Origin: a virus
IMG/VR virus record: IMGVR_UViG_3300046373_000099
Location: 2,383-66,382 of that record
Length of the DNA: 64,000 bases
Direction: 5' to 3' (one strand)
The translations under genes were made by a program, and so were the position numbers. The notes beneath the pieces were generated by a model. That model made no database searches. It had not been told where the DNA came from and saw only the letters and a program-made list of their open reading frames with translations. Below, piece after piece: positions 46,870 to 54,928 of the stretch (its first letter is position 1; each line of letters begins with the position of its first letter).

Positions 46870-47919
46870 CTAAATCCTCAGCGGCATAAGAGTGATATCG
46901 AGGCCCGGCGCCCCACCGATGAGAACGGCCGGCGACATGCTGTCGCGAAGCTTCAGCGTGACCTGCCCTTCCGGCATGACCTGCAGCGCTTCCTTGAAGT
47001 AGATGCTGTTGAAGCCGATTTCGGTTGGATCTCCGGTATAGTCGGTGGCCACCTCGTCGATGGCCTCGCCCACATCACCGCGAACCGTGAAGGTGATGCC
47101 GCCGGCAGCGACGGAAATCTTGACGCCATTGCCGCGTTCGTTGGCCACAGTGGAGACTCGGTCGGCCGCCTTGAGCATTTCCGACCGATCGGCGCTGACG
47201 ATGATTTCGTTCATAGTCGGAATGACGCGCTGGTATTCCGGGTAGGTTTCATCGATGAGCTTGGAAACGATGGTGATGTCTGCGCCGACGAACTGGACCT
47301 TGTTTTCAGAAACGGACACGGTGATGTTGCCCTTCGGCACTAGGCAGACCGTCTTCTGCCCGATGATGACGCCTTTGAACTCGCCGACGGATGGGCCGAC
47401 GTGCCGCGATAGACGATGCCCGTTTGTAGCGACCGCGATTGTCTCGGCTGGCGTGCCGATGAAATAGATGCCCTCGAGCATGTGTCTGTTGTCGTTCACA
47501 GCGATAGCAAAGGCCACCGGCGCAAACAGCGCGGCCAGATCGATGTCGAACGTAGCGTCGAACTTGGAATCCCCGAATGAAGGAAAGTCTTCGGAGGGCA
47601 GCGTCTGCAACGAAAACCGGCTGCGCCCTGATTTTACGATGAGCTTATCAGCCTCCAGGCTGAGCGAGATATCGCCGCTGGCCTTGGCAACAATGCTCGC
47701 GAACAGCTTGGCATCGACGCAGATGGAGCCTGGAGTGGCGGCGCAGGGAACGCTGGCCGTCGCCTCGATGTCGAGATCCGTGCCGCGTATCGTCAGCGTG
47801 TCGGTCGTTGCGGTGAGCAGGACGTTGGATAGGATGGCTATCGTGTTTCTGGCTTCGACGACCTTGCCGACGCCTGTGATTAGGCGTGACAGGTCGGATT
47901 TAGGGATGGTTAAACGCAT
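46870..47919 (-). CDS. dnaN: DNA polymerase III beta sliding clamp homolog
   Basis: RNTIAILSNVLL, GTDLDIE, ATNGHRL, SKLIDETYPEYQRVIP, LMPLRI. Confidence 0.92.
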   Translation of the reverse strand: MRLTIPKSDLSRLITGVGKVVEARNTIAILSNVLLTATTDTLTIRGTDLDIEATASVPCAATPGSICVDAKLFASIVAKASGDISLSLEADKLIVKSGRSRFSLQTLPSEDFPSFGDSKFDATFDIDLAALFAPVAFAIAVNDNRHMLEGIYFIGTPAETIAVATNGHRLSRHVGPSVGEFKGVIIGQKTVCLVPKGNITVSVSENKVQFVGADITIVSKLIDETYPEYQRVIPTMNEIIVSADRSEMLKAADRVSTVANERGNGVKISVAAGGITFTVRGDVGEAIDEVATDYTGDPTEIGFNSIYFKEALQVMPEGQVTLKLRDSMSPAVLIGGAPGLDITLMPLRI

Positions 47920-47968
47920 GGGGTCTCCTCGGTGGTGGTTGGCGGGCTGGTGAGGCCCGCCGTGTGGA

Positions 47969-48295
47969 TCAGTATTCTTCGTCGGACTCCGGCTCATTGT
48001 TGAGGTCGGTGAAGTCGGAATCGGTATCTGGGTCGTACCAATCGCCATCACGCGGGATAATCATGTTCGGCCCGCGATACCCGCGCTCCTCGCGCAGGTA
48101 GTGCATAGTGCTCTCCGCCCTGTTCATCAGGCGGAAGCCATCTGGAAGCGCAGATTTGACCTTGTCGAGGACTTCCCCCATCGTTTCGTCCGTTGGGTAG
48201 CGTCCAAATGGGAAGCCGTAGTTGACTGAGCCCACTTGCTCGCCGTCCGTGATGTAGACGTTGAGTTGGACCGCCATCGGATACTGCTTGTGCAT
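47969..48295 (-). CDS. Hypothetical protein
   Basis: GAGGAGAC RBS. Confidence 0.55.
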   Translation of the reverse strand: MHKQYPMAVQLNVYITDGEQVGSVNYGFPFGRYPTDETMGEVLDKVKSALPDGFRLMNRAESTMHYLREERGYRGPNMIIPRDGDWYDPDTDSDFTDLNNEPESDEEY

Positions 48296-48433
48296 CTTTG
48301 GTCTCCTCTATGGCGAGCGCCGAAGCGCCCGCCTTGGTTGGTGTTTAGCGCGTGCCGCAGTGGATGAAGGCGATGAGAACCGCCGCCACGCCAGCCACAG
48401 CGCTTGCTATCGCAAAGGCTTCTGGCCAGCCCA

Positions 48434-48997
48434 TCACGCCGCCTTCTTAGCCCAAGGAGACTTGCCCTTCTCGGCCGGCGCAGCAGCGGTGCGTGCGGCT
48501 GGCGCTGGTTTGTTGTCGTTGGCAGGTGCTGCACGGGCCGCGGGCTGCACGTCGTCGATCGCAGGCTCCGGAACTTCCTTGTCGTCATCAGGGAAGTAAT
48601 AAGCCTTGATCTCGGCTCGTGCGGGGTACTGGCCATCCTTCGAAGGCTTGCCGAGACCGACCTTGGCGACGAAACCACGGAAGTGGAGGTCTTCGCTGTC
48701 TTCGACGGTGGATTCGCCGATGGCGCGGCAAAGCGAGGCGAACTGCTTCTGGCCAATTTCTTGCGCCTGCGGGCTTTTGTTTTCGAGGTTGTAGCTGCCG
48801 AAAAGCTTGCGCCCCTTGAGTTCTTCCGGCTCAATGACGGCGAACGTGGTCTTCAGAATGGTGCCGTCGCCCGCCTTGGTCGGCACGACGTCCGACGCTT
48901 CGATTTCGAGTTTGTAGATTCCGTTGGGGAGTTCCGAATAGTCGGACTGTGTGGTGTCATGATCCTGCGCGTTGAATGCTGTTCCGAGTCTTGCCAT
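48434..48997 (-). CDS. DUF669 ssDNA-binding protein
   Basis: LPNGIY..FASLCRAIG..PW at C-terminus; adjacent to Sak4. Confidence 0.75.
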   Translation of the reverse strand: MARLGTAFNAQDHDTTQSDYSELPNGIYKLEIEASDVVPTKAGDGTILKTTFAVIEPEELKGRKLFGSYNLENKSPQAQEIGQKQFASLCRAIGESTVEDSEDLHFRGFVAKVGLGKPSKDGQYPARAEIKAYYFPDDDKEVPEPAIDDVQPAARAAPANDNKPAPAARTAAAPAEKGKSPWAKKAA

Positions 48998-49045
48998 GTT
49001 GGGTAGTCTCCTTGTGGTGGTTGGTGGTCTTGGTGGTGGTTGGTG

Positions 49046-49867
49046 TTATGCCGCATCCTGCTCGTCGTCTTCGTCAGGTTCGACTGCAGCCGCCGCAATG
49101 CCGTCCTGCGGAGGGAAGAAAGCGTTGAGCGTCGAAAACCCCTGCCCCATCTTGAACGGCAGGGTAGGTTTTGGGATTTCATAGCGGTTGCCAGCTACGA
49201 ATCCGGGTCGCCCCTGAACGGCGATGTTGACTTCGCCGGCGCCCTCGCCGCGCTTGCCGACCTTCTTGAAGCCTAGGTCTTCCTTGGCGATCGACACACG
49301 CTGATGGATGAAGCCGATCAGATCCGACGCGTCGCAAATGGACTCGCCATCCTTGTCGCGAAGGTTGAGCGTGTAGCGTGGGTAGCTGTCGGTTGTCACG
49401 CCGGGGACGGTCTTTGCCTTGACGTGCGAAATCAGCACGACGTAGAAGCCAGCCTTCTTGAGCTTCAGCATCTTCTTGATGAACTCAAGCCAGATACCGT
49501 GGGCCGCCTCATAGCCAGCGCCATAGCCTGGCGCCTCGATATCGGCCCACCCGTTGCGAGCGCAGGCTTCCGCATGGATTAGCACCTCGAGGCCGTCGAG
49601 CGCGTCCACGACGAACGTGCGGCGATCGTGCTCCGCTTCAAGCATAAAGTCCGCCTGGTCAATGACATCGCCGTAGCTTTCCGACACACCGAACGACTTC
49701 ATGGGTTTGCCGGAGCTTTGACGCTCACCCTCGCTGGTGCGGCAGTAGTATGGCGCGGGCCATTCCGACGCGAGTGTTGTCTTGCCGAGCTTCGCGCCGC
49801 CGTAGAGCGTCGTCAACGGCGGGTCCGTGTCGGACGTATCCTTCAGTTCTTCCCAAGATAGGGCCAT
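49046..49867 (-). CDS. Sak4-like AAA_24 recombinase/ATPase
   Basis: YGGAKLGKTTLA, VVDALD, GYGAGY, LISH. Confidence 0.85.
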   Translation of the reverse strand: MALSWEELKDTSDTDPPLTTLYGGAKLGKTTLASEWPAPYYCRTSEGERQSSGKPMKSFGVSESYGDVIDQADFMLEAEHDRRTFVVDALDGLEVLIHAEACARNGWADIEAPGYGAGYEAAHGIWLEFIKKMLKLKKAGFYVVLISHVKAKTVPGVTTDSYPRYTLNLRDKDGESICDASDLIGFIHQRVSIAKEDLGFKKVGKRGEGAGEVNIAVQGRPGFVAGNRYEIPKPTLPFKMGQGFSTLNAFFPPQDGIAAAAVEPDEDDEQDAA

Positions 49868-50012
49868 TCATGTCTCCTTATGTAGTGGCGTGGTCAGTGA
49901 GCATTGCCGAACATCGCGGCCAGTATGATGAGCGCGACGCCAAAGACCGCGACGGCCCGCACGAATCCGCGAAAGTCTGGTGGCGGTGGTGTTGCGGTAT
50001 CCACCGCGCCGC

Positions 50013-50273
50013 TCACACCGGCCACCCTGTCCTGATTGTTGCGTAGGCCAGCCAGCCGAAATAACCGACCACTGCCACACCAAGCAGCCAAGGCGTGTAG
50101 ATGGCGGTTGCGACGATGAGCGCCGCGACGAGACTGGCCTTTATGGCTCGCTTAAGACCTCGGCGCGGCTTGTAGACTTTGGCTGTAGGCGCGTAGTCCA
50201 GCGGGGTTGGTGGAATCGGTGGAGCATTGACGCCGGGGTAGCGTCTGATGGATTCGGTGATGGGGTCGGTCAT
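50013..50273 (-). CDS. Small membrane protein
   Basis: Two C-terminal TM segments. Confidence 0.5.
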   Translation of the reverse strand: MTDPITESIRRYPGVNAPPIPPTPLDYAPTAKVYKPRRGLKRAIKASLVAALIVATAIYTPWLLGVAVVGYFGWLAYATIRTGWPV

Positions 50274-50470
50274 CAGAACGCGCCGAACCAGACGCCGACG
50301 CCATGGATGACGCCAACTGGGGCGACGACACAGCCGAACAGCAGAAGCACCCACGCGCTCGCCTTGATGCAGACGATGACGTGCGTAATCCAAGCGGCAG
50401 CCGTGCCGACCGCCAGGATGATGCACAGGGTAAAACCGATTATTGACCCTATAATGGTAGCAAAATCCAT
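50273..50470 (-). CDS. Small membrane protein
   Basis: AAWITHVIVCIKASAW..PVGVIHGVGVWFG. Confidence 0.55.
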   Translation of the reverse strand: MDFATIIGSIIGFTLCIILAVGTAAAWITHVIVCIKASAWVLLLFGCVVAPVGVIHGVGVWFGAF

Positions 50471-50538
50471 TGCAAAAGCCTCCTCTACCCTCCTGCCGAG
50501 GCAGGAGGGGTTGTTGTGGTGGGGTTGGTGGTGGGGTT

Positions 50539-50591
50539 GGCGCTCCAGCGGCTCCCTTTGGGGTGTACGCGGCGTGATTGGCCGGAGCGCC
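50539..50591 (-). ncRNA. Orphan variant guide-like hairpin unit
   Basis: stem-CCA-ATCACGCCG-cGTACACCCC-AAAGGGAGC-cG-stem. Confidence 0.45.
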
Positions 50592-50600
50592 TGAGTAGGC

Positions 50601-50903
50601 TTAGGCCGCTCCCTTGGTTTCTGTGTGCGCACCGAAGTTCGCATAAATGATGTTGCTGCCATCGCCGGTTGGCACTGGAGCGCTGGCCTCTGTCGGCGGC
50701 TCGCCCATGAATTCCATGTGGCGCAATGTGACGCCGTGGAACGCCTTGATTTCCAGGGTATCGACGAGCTGGACGTTGTAGAACCGGCCGAATTCGGACT
50801 CGCCGACCACAATGCCGAATACCGAGCCGTTCAGGCGGCAGACGACCCAGTCGCCCTCGTCGAAATGCCGGCAGTCGCAGATGTCTTCATGGATTGAGGT
50901 CAT
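50601..50903 (-). CDS. Hypothetical protein
   Basis: ORF in early operon. Confidence 0.55.
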   Translation of the reverse strand: MTSIHEDICDCRHFDEGDWVVCRLNGSVFGIVVGESEFGRFYNVQLVDTLEIKAFHGVTLRHMEFMGEPPTEASAPVPTGDGSNIIYANFGAHTETKGAA

Positions 50904-51247
50904 GCCGCCACCCGCATCGCGTAGTCATTGACAGCACGGCCAGCCAGTTCGGCTTCGGCGTCCGGCGTGTTGTCGTTGGCGGCCAATCTCTTGACCGACA
51001 CAGGCATCATGCCGGACAGTGTCGAGCATCCGCCGTTGTGGGGCGACATGCGCGTGACGCGGTCGGGGTTGTTGTCGTTGGCGCTTTCCAGGCGAACCGG
51101 CATTGCGGTCAGGCTGCCACGGCGACGCAGGTGCTGGTAGACGGTCATGGTTTTCATTCCGACCGCCTCGGCGATCTTGCGGCAGGATGAGCCATCCGCT
51201 CTTCGAGCATGCAGGTCTGCGGACGCGGAATCTGTGATGATTGTCAT
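50900..51247 (-). CDS. HTH protein with two ANDN motifs and an ssrA-like C-terminus
   Basis: GSSCRKIAEAVGMKTMTVYQHL; ends AVNDYAMRVAA. Confidence 0.65.
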   Translation of the reverse strand: MTIITDSASADLHARRADGSSCRKIAEAVGMKTMTVYQHLRRRGSLTAMPVRLESANDNNPDRVTRMSPHNGGCSTLSGMMPVSVKRLAANDNTPDAEAELAGRAVNDYAMRVAA

Positions 51248-51325
51248 AGGGTCTCCTCTGGTGGTGTGGTGGTGAAAACGGCGGCTGGTGGCCGCAGCTA
51301 AAAATAACTTGCGCTATCCGAAATT

Positions 51326-51356
51326 ACAGTATATTATCTTTACAAAATTGTCAAGG
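51326..51356 (-). promoter_or_regulatory. Repeated sigma70 promoter/operator, copy 4 (divergent from second repressor)
   Basis: TTGACA-attttgtaaagataata-TACTGT. Confidence 0.8.
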
Positions 51357-51410
51357 CATTTTGGTGCCTCGGCCGCTTTTGCTTGCTGTGATCAACCGAA
51401 GGGACGACCC

Positions 51411-52031
51411 ATGAAAGAGAAAAAAGGCCTGCCGCGCCTCGCGCAAATGCTCATCCACCGACAGAAGCAACTGGAGGCAACTGACCGTGCCATCTGCGAA
51501 GAATATGGATGGCTGCAGCAAACGTATAACAATTGGAAAGGCGGGGCCGCTCCCCGTAGTCCGTGGTACGATTCCGTCGCAAGTTACCTCGGAGTTACGC
51601 CGCATGATGTGGAAGAGCTGGCTGAGGAAGCCAAGATTAGCAAGGGCAGCCGGAAGATTCCAAAACTGTCCGTCTATTCCGCCGCTCGCGAATACGGAGA
51701 AGTCAAAGACGCTTCGACCGGAGAGTATTTCTTTAACGCTTTCAACGTCGGACGTCGTCACATTCCCGAAGGCCGCTACGCGTTCATCGTTGATACGGCG
51801 GTAATGGAACCCTCCCTGCGGCAAGGCACTCGCGCCTTCGCAGATGGTTCCATATGGGCCAAGCCAGGTAATGAGGTCATGGTTCATGCCGATAATGGCG
51901 AAGCATGGCTCGGAGAACTCGTTTCCATGAAAGACGGCGGCGTCCAGATTCGCCAGTACAATCCGGACAGGACGTTCAGTCTGAAGGAAATCAATGCCGT
52001 GCATCCTGTCGTCCTTTCCGAGCGGATTTGA
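51411..52031 (+). CDS. Second repressor-like protein: HTH plus degenerate S24 domain
   Basis: LQQTYNNWKGGAAP HTH; YAFIVDTAVMEP lacks the catalytic Ser. Confidence 0.7.
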   Translation: MKEKKGLPRLAQMLIHRQKQLEATDRAICEEYGWLQQTYNNWKGGAAPRSPWYDSVASYLGVTPHDVEELAEEAKISKGSRKIPKLSVYSAAREYGEVKDASTGEYFFNAFNVGRRHIPEGRYAFIVDTAVMEPSLRQGTRAFADGSIWAKPGNEVMVHADNGEAWLGELVSMKDGGVQIRQYNPDRTFSLKEINAVHPVVLSERI

Positions 52032-52056
52032 CAAATCATTTTGCCCCTGCTAAATA
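52028..52056 (+). promoter_or_regulatory. Sigma70 promoter for putative sRNA
   Basis: TTGACA-17 nt-TAAATA. Confidence 0.65.
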
Positions 52057-52062
52057 CCCGCT

Positions 52063-52232
52063 GCCTGCTGTGGTGGCGGGAAGGAAATTTGGTGGGTCTC
52101 CTCGCCAAGCAGTACGAGCCTAGTTTCGACCGTTAAATGGTGGTTCTGCCTTCGGGTCGGTCGAGATGGTGGTGGGTTAATAGATTAGAGTTTGTGGAGC
52201 TTCGGCATGTAATTGCCGGAGTGTTTATTTTT
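52063..52232 (+). ncRNA. Putative multi-hairpin antisense sRNA
   Basis: Promoter; loops UGUGGUG, GGUCUCCU and UGGUGGUU; terminal hairpin CTTCGGCA..TGCCGGAG plus U-rich tail. Confidence 0.6.
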
Positions 52233-52284
52233 GCCTGCCGCCTTCCCTGTGTGCGTTTTAAACTCTTGGCAGCAGGCAAATAAG

Positions 52285-52333
52285 TGGGGCGGATTTTGAA
52301 TTTTGGTTTTCGTCGTTCAAATGGCCGCCCCCA
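52285..52333 (-). ncRNA. TIGR-like guide unit downstream of tas gene
   Basis: GGGGCGG-CCA-TTTGAACGA-cGAAAACCA-AAATTCAAA-aT-CCGCCCC. Confidence 0.75.
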
Positions 52334-52337
52334 GACA

Positions 52338-53408
52338 TCAGGCAACAGCCCGACGCCATTCAATCCAAAGGTTCCGCAGCAGACGCTTTTCAACGTACCG
52401 GTGCGCCCTCATGGAAACATGCTTTTTGTAGGATTCCTTGCCGGTTGCGGCCTCAGTCACAGGCATGTCGAGCTTGACAGCCTCTGTGCGTGCGCGGTCG
52501 GCAAAGACCTGTTGGTAATATGACAGATCTTCATTGGCCCACACGTCCTCGCCCATGACTGGACGCCACTTCCCCATTCCGCCGATGACGTGCTCGCGGG
52601 CAACGTAGGAGACGGAGCGGCGCTTCTTGTTATATCCTTCTGCAATCCAGTCTTCAGCAGGAGCGCCAGCGCCTGGGTTGCCTTGACGGTGGCCGTTGAT
52701 AACGGCGAGGCCGAGACGCTTCCATACCGCGCTAACCGATTTATACGAGCCGATATCGCCGCATTCGCCAACGATCGTTGCGAAGCTGGTGTCGCCGAAT
52801 CCCTTGACCGACTTGACCCACGAATAGATTGGAAGCTGCTTGACCAGTTTGACCAGCGACTTCTCGTAGGCGTCACGGCAAGCGGTGAGCGGGTCCATTG
52901 CGAGCAAATACGGCTGGATGCTGGCGTAGAGCGGGTGGTCAGAATCGGCGCAGACGGTGCGGTAGAGTGATTCGGTGCGCTTCCGCGCTTTAGCCTTGGC
53001 TTCGTCATCGGCGAAGTCATCGTCGGACTGCAGCGTGAGACGCAGAACGGCCTGCCCTTGCAGGGCCAGCTTCGTTTGGGCTCTGATCATTCCTTGCCGC
53101 AGGCGGTGAAGGTTGATGATCTTGTCGATGGTGTCGGTTGTTTGATCTGCGGCGACATAGGGTGCGAGGGTGATGTGGCCGGAGGCCCAAGCAGGCGGCT
53201 CGGCGGTACTGGGTTGCGCTGGGGTGATGGCCGTCTGCTTGGGATGGGTGTCCTGATGCGACGAAGCAACATTGGGCTTCTTGGCAGTTTTGGTCGCATC
53301 AGGAATGAATGTGCCAGCAGCTTGTGACGCGTGGGCTTCAACACCTTTATGGCTGCTGGCAGTTTCGAGCGCCGCGCACAAGGCTGCAGGCGAATTATCT
53401 AGGAACAT
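52338..53408 (-). CDS. Nop/IS110 C-terminal-domain protein lacking RuvC (TasA-like RNA-guided DNA-binding protein)
   Basis: Coiled coil LHRLRQGMIRAQTKL; SVKGFGDTSFATIVGECGDIGSYKSVSAVWKRLGL (IS116/IS110-type motif); no DEDD domain; AGAGGAGAC RBS. Confidence 0.8.
   Translation of the reverse strand: MFLDNSPAALCAALETASSHKGVEAHASQAAGTFIPDATKTAKKPNVASSHQDTHPKQTAITPAQPSTAEPPAWASGHITLAPYVAADQTTDTIDKIINLHRLRQGMIRAQTKLALQGQAVLRLTLQSDDDFADDEAKAKARKRTESLYRTVCADSDHPLYASIQPYLLAMDPLTACRDAYEKSLVKLVKQLPIYSWVKSVKGFGDTSFATIVGECGDIGSYKSVSAVWKRLGLAVINGHRQGNPGAGAPAEDWIAEGYNKKRRSVSYVAREHVIGGMGKWRPVMGEDVWANEDLSYYQQVFADRARTEAVKLDMPVTEAATGKESYKKHVSMRAHRYVEKRLLRNLWIEWRRAVA
53141..53361 (-). ncRNA. TIGR-like guide units embedded in the tas coding sequence (3 clear, 1 degenerate)
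   Basis: Hairpins 53186-53243, 53251-53304 and 53312-53361 (plus 53141-53183) with CCA-N9-nG(A/C)A(G/A)CCCA-N9-nG. Confidence 0.75.
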
Positions 53409-53431
53409 GGTGGTCTCCTCTGGGTTGGTGG

Positions 53432-53805
53432 TGCAGGTCTGGCGACGGCAACTTGGGTTTCGTACTACTTATGGCCAGACCTGTATGCAATTTAGTATCA
53501 ACCGGCAGGGCGCTAACCTCCTGCATCTCTTCACGCGGCTCCTCAAGAAAGGAAAAGGGCGCGCTAGTAACCTTCGGTTCATCAGGCCCAAGGTGCGACG
53601 GGAAGCCGTTCCGTCCTCGGTCGATTGCGGTGCGGCGGCGCAAACGTCATGGGTTTCTAACTAGCAGTGGCCGCCGCAATTCTTTGAATGGGTATGCAGA
53701 TCGCGGCGGTCGGCTACCGGGTTCCGCACTCTCCGCGGCCGCAATCTGCAATTTTTGGGGTGGCTAGCGCTGCCATGGTTTTCGCGTCAACACTGGCCAC
53801 CCCGA
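53432..53805 (-). ncRNA. TIGR-like stem-loop array (4 units)
   Basis: Units 53432-53485, 53631-53678, 53695-53750, 53755-53805. Confidence 0.85.
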
Positions 53806-53808
53806 CCG

Positions 53809-54363
53809 TCACACGGTCATGCCTTCGGCTTCCGCCTTAATCTTTGCCAAGTCCGCAGCCGTCAGTGCGGCGCGCATTGTCTTGGAGCCTGCCCGCTCGC
53901 CGGCACTGATAAGCCAGCGGCCCTTGCGAACCATATCGACGCCTTGTCCGAGAAAGCCGTTGCCGATCTCGACGACCTGCGTTCCGGAGAGGTCGCCAAG
54001 CTTGGTGTCGACGCCTTGCCATTTGAAAGGCATGTCGAACAACGTCTCGGTGACAATCAAACCCTGGCGCTGAGCACGGCGTTGTGCGGCGTGAACAGCG
54101 GGGGACATAGTGTGGGGAGTTTTGGTGCCGCAACTTTGTGCGGTCTCGATGCGCTTGCGCTCTTTTTGACCTACCTCATTGAGGAGGGAGCGCGCGCCGA
54201 TGCGGACGAATTCGTCGGCAATCGTGGGGAAGTTAGCAACGTAGTTGGAGATTTTCTCGACGGCGGCGTTCAAGTCGCCCTTCGCTTCGTCATACATGCG
54301 TTCAGTCACGCTTCTGGCTGTAAGGCTGGTTGCGCCGGTAACTCTTCTGGCTGCTACGTTCAT
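53809..54363 (-). CDS. Uncharacterised Tas-associated protein (184 aa)
   Basis: GAGGAGAC RBS; sandwiched between guide arrays. Confidence 0.7.
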   Translation of the reverse strand: MNVAARRVTGATSLTARSVTERMYDEAKGDLNAAVEKISNYVANFPTIADEFVRIGARSLLNEVGQKERKRIETAQSCGTKTPHTMSPAVHAAQRRAQRQGLIVTETLFDMPFKWQGVDTKLGDLSGTQVVEIGNGFLGQGVDMVRKGRWLISAGERAGSKTMRAALTAADLAKIKAEAEGMTV

Positions 54364-54388
54364 GTTGGTCTCCTCGTGGTTCTGGTGG

Positions 54389-54558
54389 GCAGAGTGGCGA
54401 CACCTCTTTGGGTTTCGCTCGCATGGTGGCCGCTCTGCTTTATGGTTCCTGCCGGTGGCTCGGGGACGTAGGTTTTCGAGGTCTTGTCGGCCGTCGGCAG
54501 GTAAGGGTTGTGGGTTGCTATTGCAGATTGGTTTTCGTGAAAATATTGGCTCCTCACA
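54389..54558 (-). ncRNA. TIGR-like stem-loop array (3 units)
   Basis: Units 54389-54438, 54448-54501, 54509-54558. Confidence 0.85.
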
Positions 54559-54700
54559 CCAAGCCGCCATCCGCTTGGTCTAAGGAACTCGCCGGCTGCA
54601 TCTCAGCAGCCAGCGTCCCGTTTATTGATCTTCTTGGTGGACCGTGGCCTTTCAGTAAGGCTCTTCTTCTGCGTCGAGACGCTTTCTTTGATTTCCGCAT
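54554..54700 (-). CDS. Arg-rich small protein (48 aa)
   Basis: GAGGAGAC RBS; MRKSKKASRRRRRALLK. Confidence 0.5.
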   Translation of the reverse strand: MRKSKKASRRRRRALLKGHGPPRRSINGTLAAEMQPASSLDQADGGLV

Positions 54701-54717
54701 GTCAGTCTCCTCGTGAG

Positions 54718-54858
54718 TTAGCCCCTCAGGGCGGTATTTTGTTTTTCGTAGAACCGGGCTGGTGGCCCGCGCTCCTTGGCATCTGGTATTCTGGTGGCCT
54801 CCTTTGCGGAAACTCTTCTTCTTATGGGGTCGTCTTGAGAGTTGTTAATCGTTTTCAT
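54718..54858 (-). CDS. Small basic protein (46 aa), first gene of the lytic transcript
   Basis: GGAGGAC RBS; MKTINNSQDDPIRRRVSAK. Confidence 0.45.
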   Translation of the reverse strand: MKTINNSQDDPIRRRVSAKEATRIPDAKERGPPARFYEKQNTALRG

Positions 54859-54928
54859 CAAATTGTCCTCCGGTTGGTGCCCCCAACGTTCGGCGCTTGG
54901 TAGTGTTTTTGTTGTTGAAATATCTCTA

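Noticed and set aside
52338-53408. IS110 transposase / insertion sequence
   Set aside because: Lacks the N-terminal DEDD RuvC domain and has no IS-like ends; surrounded by multiple diverse guide units instead.
53556-53590. Additional guide unit (GGGC..GCCC)
   Set aside because: Interior is 25 nt instead of 30 and lacks the GAAACCCA loop motif.
53141-54558. CRISPR array
   Set aside because: No 25-40 bp direct repeats and no cas1/cas2; the conserved parts are only 3-9 nt with paired 9-nt variable segments.
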